64,000 nt of DNA from Octopus sinensis. Taxonomy: Eukaryota. Location of the stretch: positions 110,546,001 to 110,610,000 of the forward strand of contig NC_043003.1 of the NCBI RefSeq assembly GCF_006345805.1, given 5' to 3'. Position numbers and translations under genes: made by a program. Position 1 is the stretch's first letter, and every line of letters starts with the position of its first letter. Below, piece after piece: positions 39,723 through 53,600 of the stretch. The notes under the pieces were generated by a model. It saw nothing but the letters and a program-made list of their open reading frames with translations. It was not told the DNA's origin and searched no databases.

Positions 39723-40967
39723 TTGTGCTCGAAGTGAAAGTTACTTGCCCAGATTGTTGCGCAGTGGGACTAAATCCGAAGCCACTTAACTGCAAAGCGA
39801 GTTTCTTAAACAAACATCGATGCTTTTAGAATTATTCTACCATGCAAATTGAATAAGCGCGACTGCTGAAGAAAATGGAAAACATGAAAAAGGAAGTCTA
39901 GAAAATAAGGTATCTACAGAATAAAAACAAGCCTGTGCATAACATGTTTCTACCTGTCAAATATGCATCAACCTATAAGCAAAATCTTTATCAACTCATT
40001 CCATTTCAGGACGTGTATCACCTTTTGCTTGCACACAGCTTCCTAATTATACGATTCAGTAATTTTCAAGTACACTTTTGTCCAGCAGCCGATATTGTAC
40101 TACTTTATAATTTTGTCCACACGCATCATGCTTATGTGTGTATAAATGGTAAACTCTTTGAATGCAGATGCAATCATTTTAGTTGTGCTGGAAAATAAAT
40201 TATGTTTATGAGAAAGAAAAGTTAGCTTTTCAATGTCTAACGCAAAGGATATTGATTAGTCTATGGATAGCTTACGACACAATGAGGGAAATTTAACAGC
40301 AACAAAATTGGGTATGAGAAGTCATTCTCATGCACATACATGGATGCAGACAAACATGATATGGCATATGTATGTATAATTGTACACACGCACAGTATTA
40401 TTTGACTGTAGATTTATACGAAGAATTTTGCTAGTATTTGTTGCGTACAGACTATCTCAGTGAAAAGAAATTACATATATAATCGCCGGTACTAGATTTA
40501 TGATTACTTACATACTTACATACATACACACCCAGACTAGATACATGCATGGATAGATTGCCGGGATAGATTCATACTGTTATGAGCGCAAGCGCCTATA
40601 CACAGAGGTTTACACACACACACACTTTTATATATATGTATATAACATAATTTGAGGAAAGGTGAAACACGGAGATAGATCTATGAAAAACACGATGTCA
40701 ATACTGGGTTACAAAATGTTTGAATAGAAAAAAAAACCCAGCTTGGTTGCCCATGAGTACAAGACTGCATCCTCCGTAAATATGGCAGGATATGTGTCAT
40801 GTTCGCAGAAGATGGGTTCGAAACCAACAGGCTGACGAAAGCCTTTTGAGCTAAAATTGACAAGCTATTGTTTGTAGATACATGTGCTCCTTATTTCACT
40901 GTCCCGAAAATGAATTATGTCACATATTCAAAGTTTTCAAATTGCTGTGAAGTCAGGAATATGTATA

Positions 40968-41012
<45 letters not shown>

Positions 41013-41029
41013 ATATACGCTTTTTTTTC

Positions 41030-41198
41030 TCTCCTTCTTTCTGTGTTTTTCTCTCTCTGTGTATCTTTCTGTTGAAGAGCGTAGGCTCGAAACGTTAAAG
41101 ACTTGTTTTATTTATATTTCCTGAGCGCCATACTAATACAATTGTTTCGTTTGTTTTCCACCTGCCTTCGTCTTTGTTTATTTCATAAAGCTTCCGCG

Positions 41199-41199
<1 letters not shown>
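41030..41199 (+). mobile_element. Family-A hammerhead-bearing repeat, best-preserved copy (motif 41064-41101)
   Basis: TCTTT / CTGTTGA / A / GAGC-GTAG-GCTC / GAA / ACGT / T / AAAGA. All three stems are intact. Confidence 0.8.
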
Positions 41200-41236
<37 letters not shown>

Positions 41237-41243
41237 TGTATAT

Positions 41244-41274
<31 letters not shown>

Positions 41275-41319
41275 ATATATATATATACGTATGTATATAT
41301 ATATATATATGTATGTATG

Positions 41320-41350
<31 letters not shown>

Positions 41351-41686
41351 TATATATGTATGTATATATATATGTATGTATATATATATGTATGTATATA
41401 TGTATGTATGTATATATATATATGTATGCGTATATGTATATATATATGTATATATATATGTATACATATATATATATGTATGTATATGTATGTATATATT
41501 GTTATATTTCGGAATGGTCATATTGCCAGTTTAGCCAATCTTATTTGCACAACAAATATTTAAATGTATGTATATATATATATGTATATGTATATATATG
41601 TGTATGTATGTATATATATATATATGTATATGTATATATATATACATATATTATATGTATAATTATATATATGTATTTATATATAT

Positions 41687-42077
41687 ACTTTTTTTTACTT
41701 GTTTCAGTCATTTGACTGCGGCCATGCTGGAGTACCGCCTTCAGTTGAGCAAATCGACCCCGGGACTTATTCTTTGTAAGCCCAGTACTTATTCTATCGG
41801 TCTCTTTTTGTCGAACCGCTAAGTGACGGGGACGTAAACAAACCAGTATCGGTTATCAAGCAATGCTAGGGGGACAAACACAGACACACAAACATACACA
41901 CATTTATGTGCATATATACGACAGGCCTCTTTCAGTTTCCGTCCACCAAATCCACTCACAAGGTATTGGTCGGCCCGGGCTATAGTAGAAGACACTTGCC
42001 CAAGGTGCCACGCAGTGAACTGAACCCGGAACCATGTGGTTGGTTAGCAAGCTACTTACCACACAGTCACTCCTGCG

Positions 42078-42080
<3 letters not shown>
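41687..42080 (-). mobile_element. tRNA-derived SINE (major family)
   Basis: Near-complete reverse copy ending TCCTGCGCCT. Confidence 0.9.
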
Positions 42081-42120
<40 letters not shown>

Positions 42121-44299
42121 TATATATATATCTATATATATAATATATATATATATATTCATATATATATACACATACACACACAGACACGGACAGTCAT
42201 TTTTTATGATATGTAATAGTTACAAAGTAGCTGATGAGTCGAAAGTTTGTCCCCTGTTCCACGAACACATTCCTGGGACATCGTCACTCATGCTTATCAT
42301 TCATTGGCTACAGAAAGGTAGCTTTGTGAATATGCTGACCCACTATGTATTGCTGATGCTACTACTAACTCAGTATGGTTGTTGTTTTTACGACTTGTCC
42401 CTAAAAAAAAAAACCATTTAAAAATATGCAAGATAAAATATAGAGGAAATTCTTAATAAATTAGCAATCCAGTAATGAGTGTCAAGGAGATGCAATTAAC
42501 AAAACCTTACCAATATAGAAGGAATGAAAGAAAAATACAAAGACAATGCACGGCAAAAATTAGCGGAATATGTAAGAATAGAAATAGCAGATATTGAATA
42601 GGCATTGCAATGAAAACACCACAGAAATCATAAATGTAACACTTTTGCATAAACATAAAACAATTTAAAAACGAAACGAAGGCTTGCACATTGCACCAAA
42701 ACATAAATAAAAAATATACACGGTGGAAGAAAAGCATAACTCCAAATGACGATGAATGGTAAAGATGTTTCCGTGAAAACAGCCAAAGAAAAAAGTGACA
42801 TAATTATGAAAACCTATCCTATATACCATGCTGTAGAATAAACTTAAAAAGGAAACAAAATGCATATCCTGATATACAAACCAGAATTAATATTAAGACA
42901 TTAACAGAAAAAAATGACAAACCGAATGAGAAGGAAAGGGGGAATAAAGGCAAGAAAGAAGAAGAAGAAGAAAGAAGAAAAGAAGAAGAGAAGAAGAAGA
43001 ATAAAAAAGAGAAGAAGAAGAAGAAGACGAGAAGAAGAAGAATAAGAGAAGAAGAAGAAGAAGAAGAAGAAGAAGAAGAAGAAGAAGAAGAAGAAGAAGA
43101 ATGAAAAAAATTAATTCGATGAAGATATGTATCAACGGAAACCCATTTTTAAAACTGCACTTCAACAAGTAAATATTCCAAAAAGAAGTAGATGTCGAAG
43201 TGCAGTGCTCCACGAAGTATTATATTTACCAAACCAAACTACTAGCAGAATTCCTACAGACTTAATTATTTCAGCTATGTGAGGAGTTTCGTGAACAAAC
43301 AAAATGGTACGTTAGAAGGTAATATACTCCGTGTTTGTTTCCAGTTACCCCGAAGGAGTATCTGTATATTTATAAATATGTTACACTTTATTATATTTTA
43401 TGTATGAAGTTTATTATGAACGCTGAACGATCTGTTTATATACCAGGACTTCTTTATGGGTGCTTCAAGAAATGTCTATAACCACATTAGAAGGGAAATG
43501 CGTAGTATACAACGGTTAAAAGAAAATGGCGAGGAGGATGATAGACATATGGCCCTCCTGATAAAGGAAGGTTTATAGGGATAATCGAGGAATCCTACTG
43601 TCAAAGGTTTCCCTGAAACCCAAGGAGCAACTTCCCTCTCCAATTCCTTCTCTCCGAGTCACATCCACGGCTACGCATTTCGCCTGTCGTGCTAACGTTT
43701 CTGCCAGCTTGACGCCTTAATAATTATAGTAATAATGATAATTCAAGAGAAGAAGAAATGAAATTACGGAATAATGTATGAAATTGTAATTCCGCGAGCT
43801 ATTTATGTATTCTCTTAGTGCACCAAGATATCATTATCTCCTAATAATGAAAGAAATTTAACTATTTAGCACGCACAATAATTAAATGACCCACGTCAAT
43901 GTTAACGTAATAGAAAGCGATGGAGTACATAGTAAATAGATATTTGTAGTGAATAATTGGGTGCACTTATTACTGTCCGAAAGCATTTCATTACGAAATT
44001 TTAAAAGGAGTTCTGAATATATTGCAGATATTTCATATACTGAAAATTAACCCATCGCAACCTAAATGCCAAGACATAAATTAAGCGGCAGTTTTCTTTT
44101 TACTTTAGAAACTCTGTGATTCTAACTTTATAATCAGCCGTGAATGTGTGGCAAACTGTTTCGTATTAAACCATATGATTCTAACTTTAGTCCCAAAAGC
44201 ATACATCTTCTACTATTGGTTCTGGTATATCACAGCCTTCGAATTGGATTTGTTAGCCGGAGAATGAAAGAAGCTTGTAGTATATATATATATATATAT

Positions 44300-44512
44300 T
44301 GTTTAAAACTCGCCAAGAAAAAGTTTGAAACCACATGATGAATAACTGCGACTCAAAAATTTAAAGACAGCAGGCAGGAAACGATCGTAGTGGATATTAA
44401 TTATATTTTTTAATAATTGTTACATATTTAAATAATATAAATTAATCATATGTATTGGCTTAAGTCTTTCATTGTTTGATTTGCCTAATAGTGGTTTTGT
44501 CTCTAATAAATA
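44300..44512 (+). mobile_element. Family-B hammerhead-bearing repeat, diverged copy (motif 44331-44393)
   Basis: CCAC / ATGATGA / longer stem II / GAA / ACGATCGT / A / GTGG. The tail TATGTATTGGCTTAAGTCTTTC...AATAGTGGTTTTGTCTCTAATAA matches 19341-19400, then (TA)n. Confidence 0.7.
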
Positions 44513-44526
44513 TATATATATATATA

Positions 44527-44638
<112 letters not shown>

Positions 44639-44800
44639 ATATTTATTAGATGGTAAATTGCGAGCGTGAAAAGTAAAATTCTTAAGCTTTTTAAAGCTGG
44701 AAAATATAGGACAAGCTATTCTAGTAACGTAAAAATATGAAACATTTTACTTAAAATATTGCAGCAAAGAATGCCAGTTCTTCTACTTTATCACTCTTAT

Positions 44801-44850
<50 letters not shown>

Positions 44851-45699
44851 TCTGTTTTCCATTCCCTTCGAAAATTGATTTTAAATGTGGTTTTGGTGAC
44901 TTTGACAGCTTCTTCTAGCGTGTAGCATATTACCTATTAAAGGTAGTTTTCTCTTGTGTTTAAATGTACACTACTTCATATTGAGAATATGTTGTCTATT
45001 GACTTAGTATAGTTTCTAAATATTCCCCACCCTATATAATTTTACGTATATGATTTCAGCTTTTCGAAGGCCGATTCGGCATTTCTCCTTCCACTGGCGA
45101 CTGAAACTGCGCTTGCGCGGTGAATTTTGAAAAGTTATAACATATAATGATGGAACATGTGTTATTTATCTCTAAATTATATGTTGACTGTTGAAGCACG
45201 GTTATTGATGAGGATTGGCCTAACAAATTTATTTTATTTGCTTAAATAATCTGAAACCTCGGTATAACCGTAAAAAATAACAAGGTAAACATTTTTATTT
45301 TTTATTCCCTTCGAAAATATATATGCATGCATACATACATTGCAAGTTTACATATATAAAATTAGTTTAAGAAATTTAAATTTCTATAGTAAACCATAAA
45401 AATCATGATTGAATTACTTTCTCATAACAATATTCTATTAAGCATATTCATTCAAATATTATAAAGTTTAAAAAATGTCTCCATACACATAAGTTTTCAC
45501 AATTCATCTCCCTGACATATTACTTTAATGTAATTTATCTGTCTACGGTTGTTTTGTATTTCAAGACATGTAATTTCATTCAATGTTAAGACATCGTATA
45601 CGTAATATTAATCTTAAAAACCATGAAATTTAATATCATGCGGTACAATACGTAGAGGAGTTGAACAATTTTATATATACACACATGCATATATATATG

Positions 45700-46080
45700 T
45701 ATTTGTTCGTCTCCCTGCGGCCATTAGGCACAACTTCATAAGCCAGCCCCATACTCAACTCGTCCTGTCGAAAGACCCTTGTCCTACGTCCTGGTTTTGT
45801 TTTGTTGTTTATTTTTTTTATTTTTACCGTTATTGTTTTTACGTTTTTGTATTCTTATTGGTGTCACGTATTCTGTATTTTTGTTCGTGTACTTCGTTCG
45901 TTTTCCGTCCTCGTGTTGTATACATTCGAAGCTTTCTTCCAGGGGATCTAATGCGCTTGGCTTAGATTTCCCTTGGCGGGCTGCCCATATCGGAGCAATC
46001 TCAAGATTAATCAGCCGAAATTGCTAAGATGATCTGGTTCTTGACTGATGACTGAGGGCTTCGAATGTCCCGTCCATAGA
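45700..46080 (+). repeat. Interspersed repeat, homologous to 50280-50560 (opposite orientation)
   Basis: Shared CTTTCTTCCARGGRATCTAATGC...GGAGCAATCTC...CAGCCGAAAT...CTTCGAATG...CGTCC. Confidence 0.7.
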
Positions 46081-46174
46081 CATATATGTTTAATTATATT
46101 GAAATTGTTGCTGTTGTTGTTGTTGTTTTTCTTCTTCTTCTTATTATTGTTGTTGTTGTTGTTGATGATGATGC

Positions 46175-47820
46175 TGTAACCTTTGCACAGCTTCTATGAC
46201 TGGAAATATACTACGGTGTCAGATGTTCATTACCACTGAACTAAGGAGGTAACGCCGTTATATTTTGAGAACCATCCGGTGTATTTGTGCGGTTCGTGCT
46301 GTTTTCTGCAAGTGCTTCACCCTTATTGTAGCCCATATTTGTTCCATGTACTTCTCAAGATTTCTACTCCCTGTTCCCAGAGCTCCAACAATTATTGTTA
46401 CTATTACCACCTTTTCATCGACCATAACTGCTTAACCTCCCAAGCCAACCTGTCATATCTATCCGACATTTCTCTCTTACTTGTTGTCAGCTGGGCATGC
46501 TATGTCTACGATCCGGCATAGTTTGCTTTCTTTCTCAATAAAGATTACGTCTGGCTTCCTAGTCTCCATCTCATGGTCGCACTCAATCATAAGGCCCCAC
46601 AGTATCTTTGCATTATCATTTTCGATGATGTCTTCGAGTTTATGGTCGTATCAATTGTTATCTCTGTCAAGTCCATACTTGTTGCAAAGTGTCCACTTGA
46701 CGTGCTTTGCTATATTATCGTGGCGTCTCTTATATTCCTTCAGGGCTAATGGCGTACATTGGCTGGTAATATGCAATACGGTGTCACCATTTTGTCCACA
46801 AATTCTTTCTGTTTTTCTCTATTCTGTATTTTATGTAATTGGTGCTTAGTGCTTGCTCCTGAGCAGCATAGATTAGAGCCTCCGTTTCCCGTTTTAAAAT
46901 CACTTTTTATTGTCGACAGACATCTTTTTTGTCGCTGTCTGTCTTATCTTCAACATTCCTATGAAATTGTCCATGCATCCTTTTCTTTACCCATCTATTT
47001 TCATTTTCATTCGTTTTCAATTGCATGCACAGTGCTTTATCTTTGCAATCTTTCATCCTACACAAGCGTGGACTTTTACTTCTAATAAAGCGGTTCTGTG
47101 GAATTGATTTTACATACCATGCTATGTTGTGTTGTTCTGCTCTTATATCTTATATATCTTATATCTTCAACCTTGGTACCCTTCCATTTTGCTCCACTAA
47201 GGGGTCTAAGTCTGTACATATTCTATCAATCCATGGGGCGTTTTCCTTGTGTGTTTTTTCTTCTCCAAAATTTTATTCCAAAATTCCTGCACTTCGTTTT
47301 TTGGTGGGACAGTCCTTACTGTAACTGGTGTTTTTCCTCTCTTCCAGTAAACAATTTTCGGGTTATTTTAGAACATGTTTCCCTTGAAGAATCTAACGCG
47401 CCTTTCATATCTTGCGATGCGGGCAGCTTTAAAACATACCTTTTGCTTGATGGTTTCGATGATGGCATGAATGTCAGGTATGTTTTTCATATTATGTTCC
47501 TGTCTTTAATTTCCTGTTTTTTGTAGGTTTCGTAGTCTTTTCAAACTTAAGGTTTTTCATACATTCTATGTGAGACCTAATTTGCTGAATTTAGTGTTGA
47601 AAATGTTCTTGTCAAGAAGGTTGTTTGTGAGAATGTTGTTGTTCTCTAATCTTTTCACCACAGAGAATCGTTACGATTTTCGTGGATGCATAGTATAGAT
47701 TGTTGTGATCTGTGATATCGACATCATTAGCTGAAATTAAATCCGTAAGTACAAGGAGGATTTTACCAATTATTTTCAGGTTTTGGTTAGAATTGCGAAT
47801 TTTTTGAGAGAGAATCGCGT
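46175..47820 (-). mobile_element. Dong/R4-type LINE lacking the RT domain
   Basis: Pre-RT segment (IETIKQKVCFKAARIARYERRVRFF...EVQEFWNKI) is followed within about 100 nt by post-RT segments (RMHGQFHR; ETEALIYAAQEQAL; ICGQNGDTVLHITSQC; KRRHDNIAK; RKPDVIFIEK; IVDIACPAD). Flanked by trinucleotide repeats. Confidence 0.85.
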
Positions 47821-47938
<118 letters not shown>

Positions 47939-48134
47939 TAATAATAATAACGATAATAATAATAATAATATTACTATTTTCATCGTACAGGGATGGAAAT
48001 AGCAAGAGATGATGAGAGAATGAGAATTCAACAAGATGCAGAAAAGTCGTACGTATAAAATTAAGAAGTTTATATACCTCAAAGGTCACAGAGCGCAGAC
48101 TGAAGACCGTCAGCCACCTGCGAAAGTCGTAATT

Positions 48135-48545
48135 AATGTAAGTAGCCGACATCTGGATGGAAGCACTCCGACGGTTACGACGATGAGGGTTCCGGTTGAT
48201 CCGAATCAACGGAACAGCCTGCTCGTGAAATTAACGTGTAAGTGGCTGAGCACTCCACAGACACGTGCACCCTTAACGTAGTTCTCGGAGATATTCAGCG
48301 TGACACAGAGAGTGACAAGGCCGGCTCCTTGAAATACAGGTACAACAGAAACAGGAAGTAAGAGTGAGAGAAAGTTGTGGTGAAAGAGTACAGCAGGGAT
48401 CACCACCCTCCCCTGCTGGAGCCTCGTGGAGCTTTTTAGGTGTTTTCGCTCAATAAACACTCACAACGCCCGTTTTGGGAATCGAAACCGCGATCCTAAG
48501 ACCGCGAGTCTGCTGCCCTAACCACTGGGCCATTGCGCCTCCACA
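48135..48545 (-). mobile_element. tRNA-derived SINE (second family)
   Basis: Reverse head GTGGAGGCGCAATGGCCCAGTGGTTAGGGCAGC...GGTTTCGATTCCC. The tail is homologous to the plus-strand copy at about 63310-63615. Confidence 0.75.
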
Positions 48546-48549
48546 GCCG

Positions 48550-49074
48550 ACACCTAGAATACTCTGAAGAAGCAGTATTAAACAAAGGTCTCAACATTGT
48601 GACAACTATCCAGCCCATTCCATATTCGGACATAATAGCCCCTATTGAAGAGAAAGCCTTAAAGATACCAAGAGCTCAGGGAGGTGAACTAAGGTGGAAA
48701 GTGAGAAAGATCCTAGAAAAAGTGAAGCTTCTCAAACTGCTAAAGGTCTTAATGGAATACCATCCTTGTGAATCTTAGGGAGACCGTACGAATGTGGTAG
48801 TTTATTTTAGTGTTGAGTCAGTTGTCTGTACTTCATTGATGTAAAGCTATCCCTGCTCTTCATCTAGAGCTGTGCCAACATTATCTTTGTTCTCAGAGTT
48901 GGCTCTTTCTTTACATTAGTATAGCCACCATCACTTATAAGACTTGACAATTTTTCCGAGGAGGCAGACTTTCTCATCACCACTTTAGCATTTCTCTTGT
49001 CCGCTGGAAGTATTATGATGGAATTCTCAATCTATGTCTTTTGATAGCGAATTTTCTTACTTGGTGATGTTTGG
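48550..49074. mobile_element. Penelope-like RT N-terminal fragment with an internal inversion
   Basis: 48550-48736 (+): EEAVLNKGLNIVTT...ELRWKVRKILEKVKLLK. 48737-49074 (-): PNITK...SIIILPADKRNAKVVM...YGLPKIHKDGIPLRP. Confidence 0.85.
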
Positions 49075-49144
49075 CAGTGGGACTGAACCCAGAACCATAT
49101 GGCTGGTAAGCAAGCTACTTACCACACAGCCACACCTGCGCCTA

Positions 49145-50159
49145 GATTTATTTTTTTAAATTGTTAATTTGCAAATATTCTACTAATAGGCACAGGAGTG
49201 GCTGTGTGGTAAGTAGCTTGCTTATAAACCGCATGGTTCCGGTTTCAGTCACACTGCGTGGCACCTTGCTCAAGTGTCTTCTACTATAGCCTAGGGTCGA
49301 CCAAAGTCTTGTGAGTAGACGGAAGCTGAAAGAAGCCCGTCGTATATATGTATATATATGTGTATGTGTTTGTATATGTTAGTGTGTCTGTGTTTGTCAC
49401 CCCAACATCGCTTGACAATCGATGGTGGTTTGTTTGCGTTCCCGGAACTCAGCGGTTCTGCAAAAGAGACCGATAGAATGGGTACTAGGCTTACAAAGAA
49501 TAACTCCTATGATCGATTTGCTCGACTAAAGGCGGTGCTCCAGCATGGCCACAGTGAAATGACTGAAACAGCCAGAAGCGTAATGTTTTTTTTTTATGCA
49601 GAACTACATTTCATCAAGACTTCCCTCCAAAATTGAATGTTTGGAAGGGGAGACTGTACATTTTTATTCTAAATATAATTCAAAGAGGAGAAAAAGAAAG
49701 AAAGGGAAAAAGGAGAGAAGAGGAAGAGAGAAAGAAAGCAAAATAACTTTCAGTGTTGACCGCACCTGTTTTTTTTTGAATAGGTCACCATTCTTAAACC
49801 CATTCGAATACAATGGTAACGGACTAAATAATTAAATAAATGATGAATAGGAAGGAAGATATCCCTTCCATCTCTCCCTCTACCTATCTGTCTATCTGTC
49901 TGAATATTTATTTATCTGATTATCTATTTATTTATCTGTGAGCCTAACTGCATACCTATATTTCTTTCTATCCATCTCCATTGTCATGGAACCTATTCAA
50001 AAATTAAACAATGTTCTCTTCTAAACAAAACCCCACAAAACATCTCTCTTCTGTAAATGAACAAACTGTACATTCACAAAAGTTCAAGAGAGGAAAGGAA
50101 GCGCTATAATAATGAAGAAACAAAAATATTGTTTTCCAAAATTCTGACGAATTTTTTCT

Positions 50160-50204
<45 letters not shown>

Positions 50205-50927
50205 ATATATATACATATAGGAATATAAAATTGGGACAAGAACGCAAAACATCCAGCCAGAGGATAGAAAAGACGGACGAGAAAAACACGGACGAGTCAT
50301 TCGAAGTTTTCTTTCCTCAGTCGAGTTCCAGATTATCTTTGTTATTTCGGCTGGTTATACGCGAGATTGCTCCAATCTGGCCAGCCCCCCCCCCCAAAAA
50401 GGAATCTAAGGCATTAGATTCCTTGGAAGAAAGCAGCGAGTGTATGCGAAATCAAGGACGGAGAAAAAATGGAGAAATGGTACACAAATACAAATGCAAT
50501 TAACAGGACATAACAGGTGCCATTCGTCTAAGGACGAATTAGATTAATCTGGCGCGTGTGGAAGTGAAGCCTTACAGTAGGGAAATAAGAGACGACAGTC
50601 ATGGGGAGGAATACAGATGTTACACGGTTGGTAGTTGAACCAAGAAAGAAAGGTTAGGCTTGGCCGAATATCGGTCACGTGGAGAGAGAAGAGAGGTAGA
50701 GACAGAGGGACAGAATAATTAGAGAGGGACGAACAAAAAACGAAAAGGGACAGAGTGAAGTGAAAGAGGAGGGAAGGTAAGAATCAAGAGAAAGCCAGGA
50801 AATGTGAGAGAGGGGGAATGAAGGATGTTTTTTGAGGGGTTTGTTGAGAACATTGTTTTTGTTTTCTTGGGTGAAATTCCAAGGCAATGGAGATGGATAG
50901 ATAGAAATACAGGCTGGTAGATAGACT

Positions 50928-50959
<32 letters not shown>

Positions 50960-52380
50960 TATAGATAGATAAATAGATATATAGATAGATAGATAGATAG
51001 ATAGATTGATAGATAGATAGATCGATAGACAGATAGATCGATAGATAGATAGATAAATAGGTAGATAGATAGATATATAGTCAAACAAATGGATAGAGGA
51101 AAAGGTATATCCACCTTCCTATACACCGTTTATTTAATTATTTTTCCTTTACCATTGTATTGGAATGGGTTTAAGGATGGTGACCTAAAAAAAACCCAAA
51201 AGAACCGGAGTGGTTTGGTCATCACTGAAAGTATATTTGCTTTCTTTCTATCTCCAATTTTCCCTTTCTTCTTTTGTTTTCTTTTTCCTCCCTTTTCCTC
51301 CTTCCTTTCTTTTTCTCCTCTTTGATTTATATTTAGAATATACCCCTTCCAAATATTCCCTTTCGGAGGAAGATTTTTGATAAATTATAGTTCTGCATGA
51401 AAATACATTAGTGTAATATTTGCAAATTAACAATTTGAAAAATCAATCAGAAAATGAAATAAAACGAATACACACACAGACACACACACACACTGACAAA
51501 CACACACACACACACACTGACAAACACACACACAACACACACACACACATATATATATAATGCTGAGACCACCTTTCCATCACCGCATATTTTCAGATGC
51601 TTACTTAATGTTGAATGTTTGAAAGAAAAGCAGAGACAGTAAGTGTTATACTAATGTTCTCCAACACAAAATCATGGAATTGAAAGAGGCATGATCGAAG
51701 TTACACCGTATAAATATGGGCATATTCCCAAACACACATACACCCACACGCACGCATACACATAGTATGCAACGCGTACGCAAGCGCACACACATGCACA
51801 CGCACACACACACATCATCTTCATCATCAAGGTATCCTCCCTCAAATTGAATGTTTGATGTTAAAAAGGAGAATTTTATTTCTTTATTCCAAGTGTGGCT
51901 CATCTCTACAATATATATATTCTGATTGATTTTTCTAATTCTTAATTTGCAAATATTATACTAATGTATTTTGATGCAGAACTACGCTTTATAAAAAATT
52001 TCCCTCTGTAAATGAATGCCTGGAAGGGGTATATTCTAAATATGGCTCGAAAAGTAGAAAAAAGAAGAAAGTAGGAAAAAAGAAGGAAAAAGTAAAGAAG
52101 GAAAGAAAAAAGGAGTAAAACAAGAAGAGAGATAGAAAGAAAGCAGGAAGACCTTCAGTGATGACCAAACCACTCCTGTTTTTTTAAGAGGTCACCATCC
52201 TTTAACGCGATCAAGCACAATGGTAAAGAAAAATAATTAAGGGTATGAATGGTGAATAGGAAAGTGGATACCCCTTCTCTCTCTCTTTCCCTCTACCCAT
52301 ATGTCTATCTGTCTGATTCTCTCTCTCTCTCTCTATCTATCTCTCTATCTCCTATATTTCTATCTATCCATCTCCATGTC
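49145..52380. repeat. Three clustered copies of a 350-450-bp unclassified repeat (+ 49145-49990, - 51090-51460, + 51920-52380)
   Basis: Shared ATTTGCAAATATT..ACTAAT..ATGCAGAACTA, GGAAGGGG..TATTCTAAATAT, TTCAGTG.TGACC, AGGTCACCAT and CAATGGTAA. Confidence 0.8.
49188..49570 (+). mobile_element. tRNA-derived SINE (major family) inserted into a local repeat copy
   Basis: Interrupts ...AATATTCTACTAAT|GT...ATGCAGAACT, which is contiguous in the copy at about 51950. Confidence 0.85.
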
Positions 52381-52789
52381 GATTTCAAATTTTAAATGAT
52401 AAATAAAACTACTGAATCCTTTACTTCGATCATTGCAAAACAATTCTTGTGAGGTAAAATGAAAATGAAAGAACCCGTTCGTATATATACGTGTATCCAT
52501 GTGTTTGTGTAAGCACGCGAGTGCGTGTTTCTGTGTCTTTTTGTCAGTGAATTTTCCCCCACCATCGCTTGAGAAAAGGTCTTGATTTTTTTATGTCCCC
52601 GTAATGTAGCAGTTCGGTGAAATGTGTTCGATAAAATAAATACCAGGCTTTTAAAAACAAAGCTCACTGATACCGATTCGTCGGACTAAATATTAATAAA
52701 GGCGATGCACCAGCATGGTCACGGTCTATTAACTGCAAGATGCAAAAGATAAAAGATACCGAAACATGAGAAATAATGCAAACACTTAC

Positions 52790-52912
52790 CGAATGTGACA
52801 ATTCTTTGCTTGCAATGTGGAATGGATCCATGCCCCACCAAGTACCTAACATTACACCGTCGACAACTAACAGGACTCCGACGATCAGGAACAATTTATA
52901 ATCTTTTATAAC
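52790..52912 (-). CDS. GABBR2: GABA-B receptor subunit 2, internal coding exon (TM4 and start of ECL2): VIKDYKLFLIVGVLLVVDGVMLGTWWGMDPFHIASKELSHS
   Basis: On the minus strand, a pyrimidine tract and CAG acceptor (AG 52914-52913), 123 nt = 41 codons, then GTAAGT donor at 52789. The peptide matches the class C GPCR GABA-B2 segment (vertebrate IIKDQKLLVIVGGMLLIDL...W...DP). Confidence 0.93.
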
Positions 52913-52996
52913 CTGGTGGATTTTAAAGAGAAAAAATAACAATGTATTTATATGAATGTATATATATATATATATATATATATCAGCAACGACAAC

Positions 52997-53031
<35 letters not shown>

Positions 53032-53257
53032 CAACAACAACAACAACGATGATGATGATGATTATTACAAAGTAGCATAGCATTACCTTTAATTCTTTTA
53101 TGTATACAGCCTTACATAGACCCACGCATATTTCAACTACACCAATTACTAAGTGTGTGTGTATTCGTGTGAGAGTGTGTGTACATATGTAAATACATGT
53201 GTATAGAGTATGTTCGTGCATGGGGGGGGGTCTCCAGACTTGTAACTTAGCTTGGAT

Positions 53258-53600
53258 TAATTTGAAGGTACCTTTCCAATACTTTGGTTAAATAAACTTA
53301 CACTTTACATTATAACGTCTTTCTTTTGTTGCAGATTACTTGATACCATAGTCGTTAAATTTATATTGATCTTAGCAATTTTTAATATGAGTTTAAGTCA
53401 GACCTTTATCAGACAATGTAAGACGTATAAACCGAAAAGTGGCCCTTCAGCTATAGAAACGGCTAGAAATATTCGTTCTGTGTCTCGAAATGACGCTTTA
53501 ATCTCCGCATATGCCCAAAATGTTTTGGCCAATTTCATTCGTGAAATAATTTTCTCGTAGAAACTTTACGATCTTCTTGACCAATTTCTGTCAATATTTG
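53258..53600 (+). mobile_element. mariner transposase N-terminal (HTH) relic
   Basis: ORF 53366-53560 contains GPSAIETARNIRSVSRNDALISAYAQNVLANF, matching the mariner pattern GxxAAETARNIxxVYGxxALSxRTAQxWFxxF. Confidence 0.65.

Noticed and set aside
42231-42250. CTGATGAGTCGAAA exact hammerhead core words
   Set aside because: Only 3 nt between the core halves (no stem II possible) and no UH or stem III.
44861-45318. 15-bp direct repeat ATTCCCTTCGAAAAT as a target-site duplication
   Set aside because: The enclosed 428 bp has no recognisable element ends or correctly placed tail, and a similar word occurs at about 11960, so it may be a repeat-internal motif.
46040-46080. CTGATGA...CTTCGAAT (and CTGAGGA...CTTCGAAT at about 50290-50320, minus) as hammerheads
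   Set aside because: Both copies have GAAT rather than GAAA and I could not build consistent stems I and III. Kept only as an interspersed repeat.
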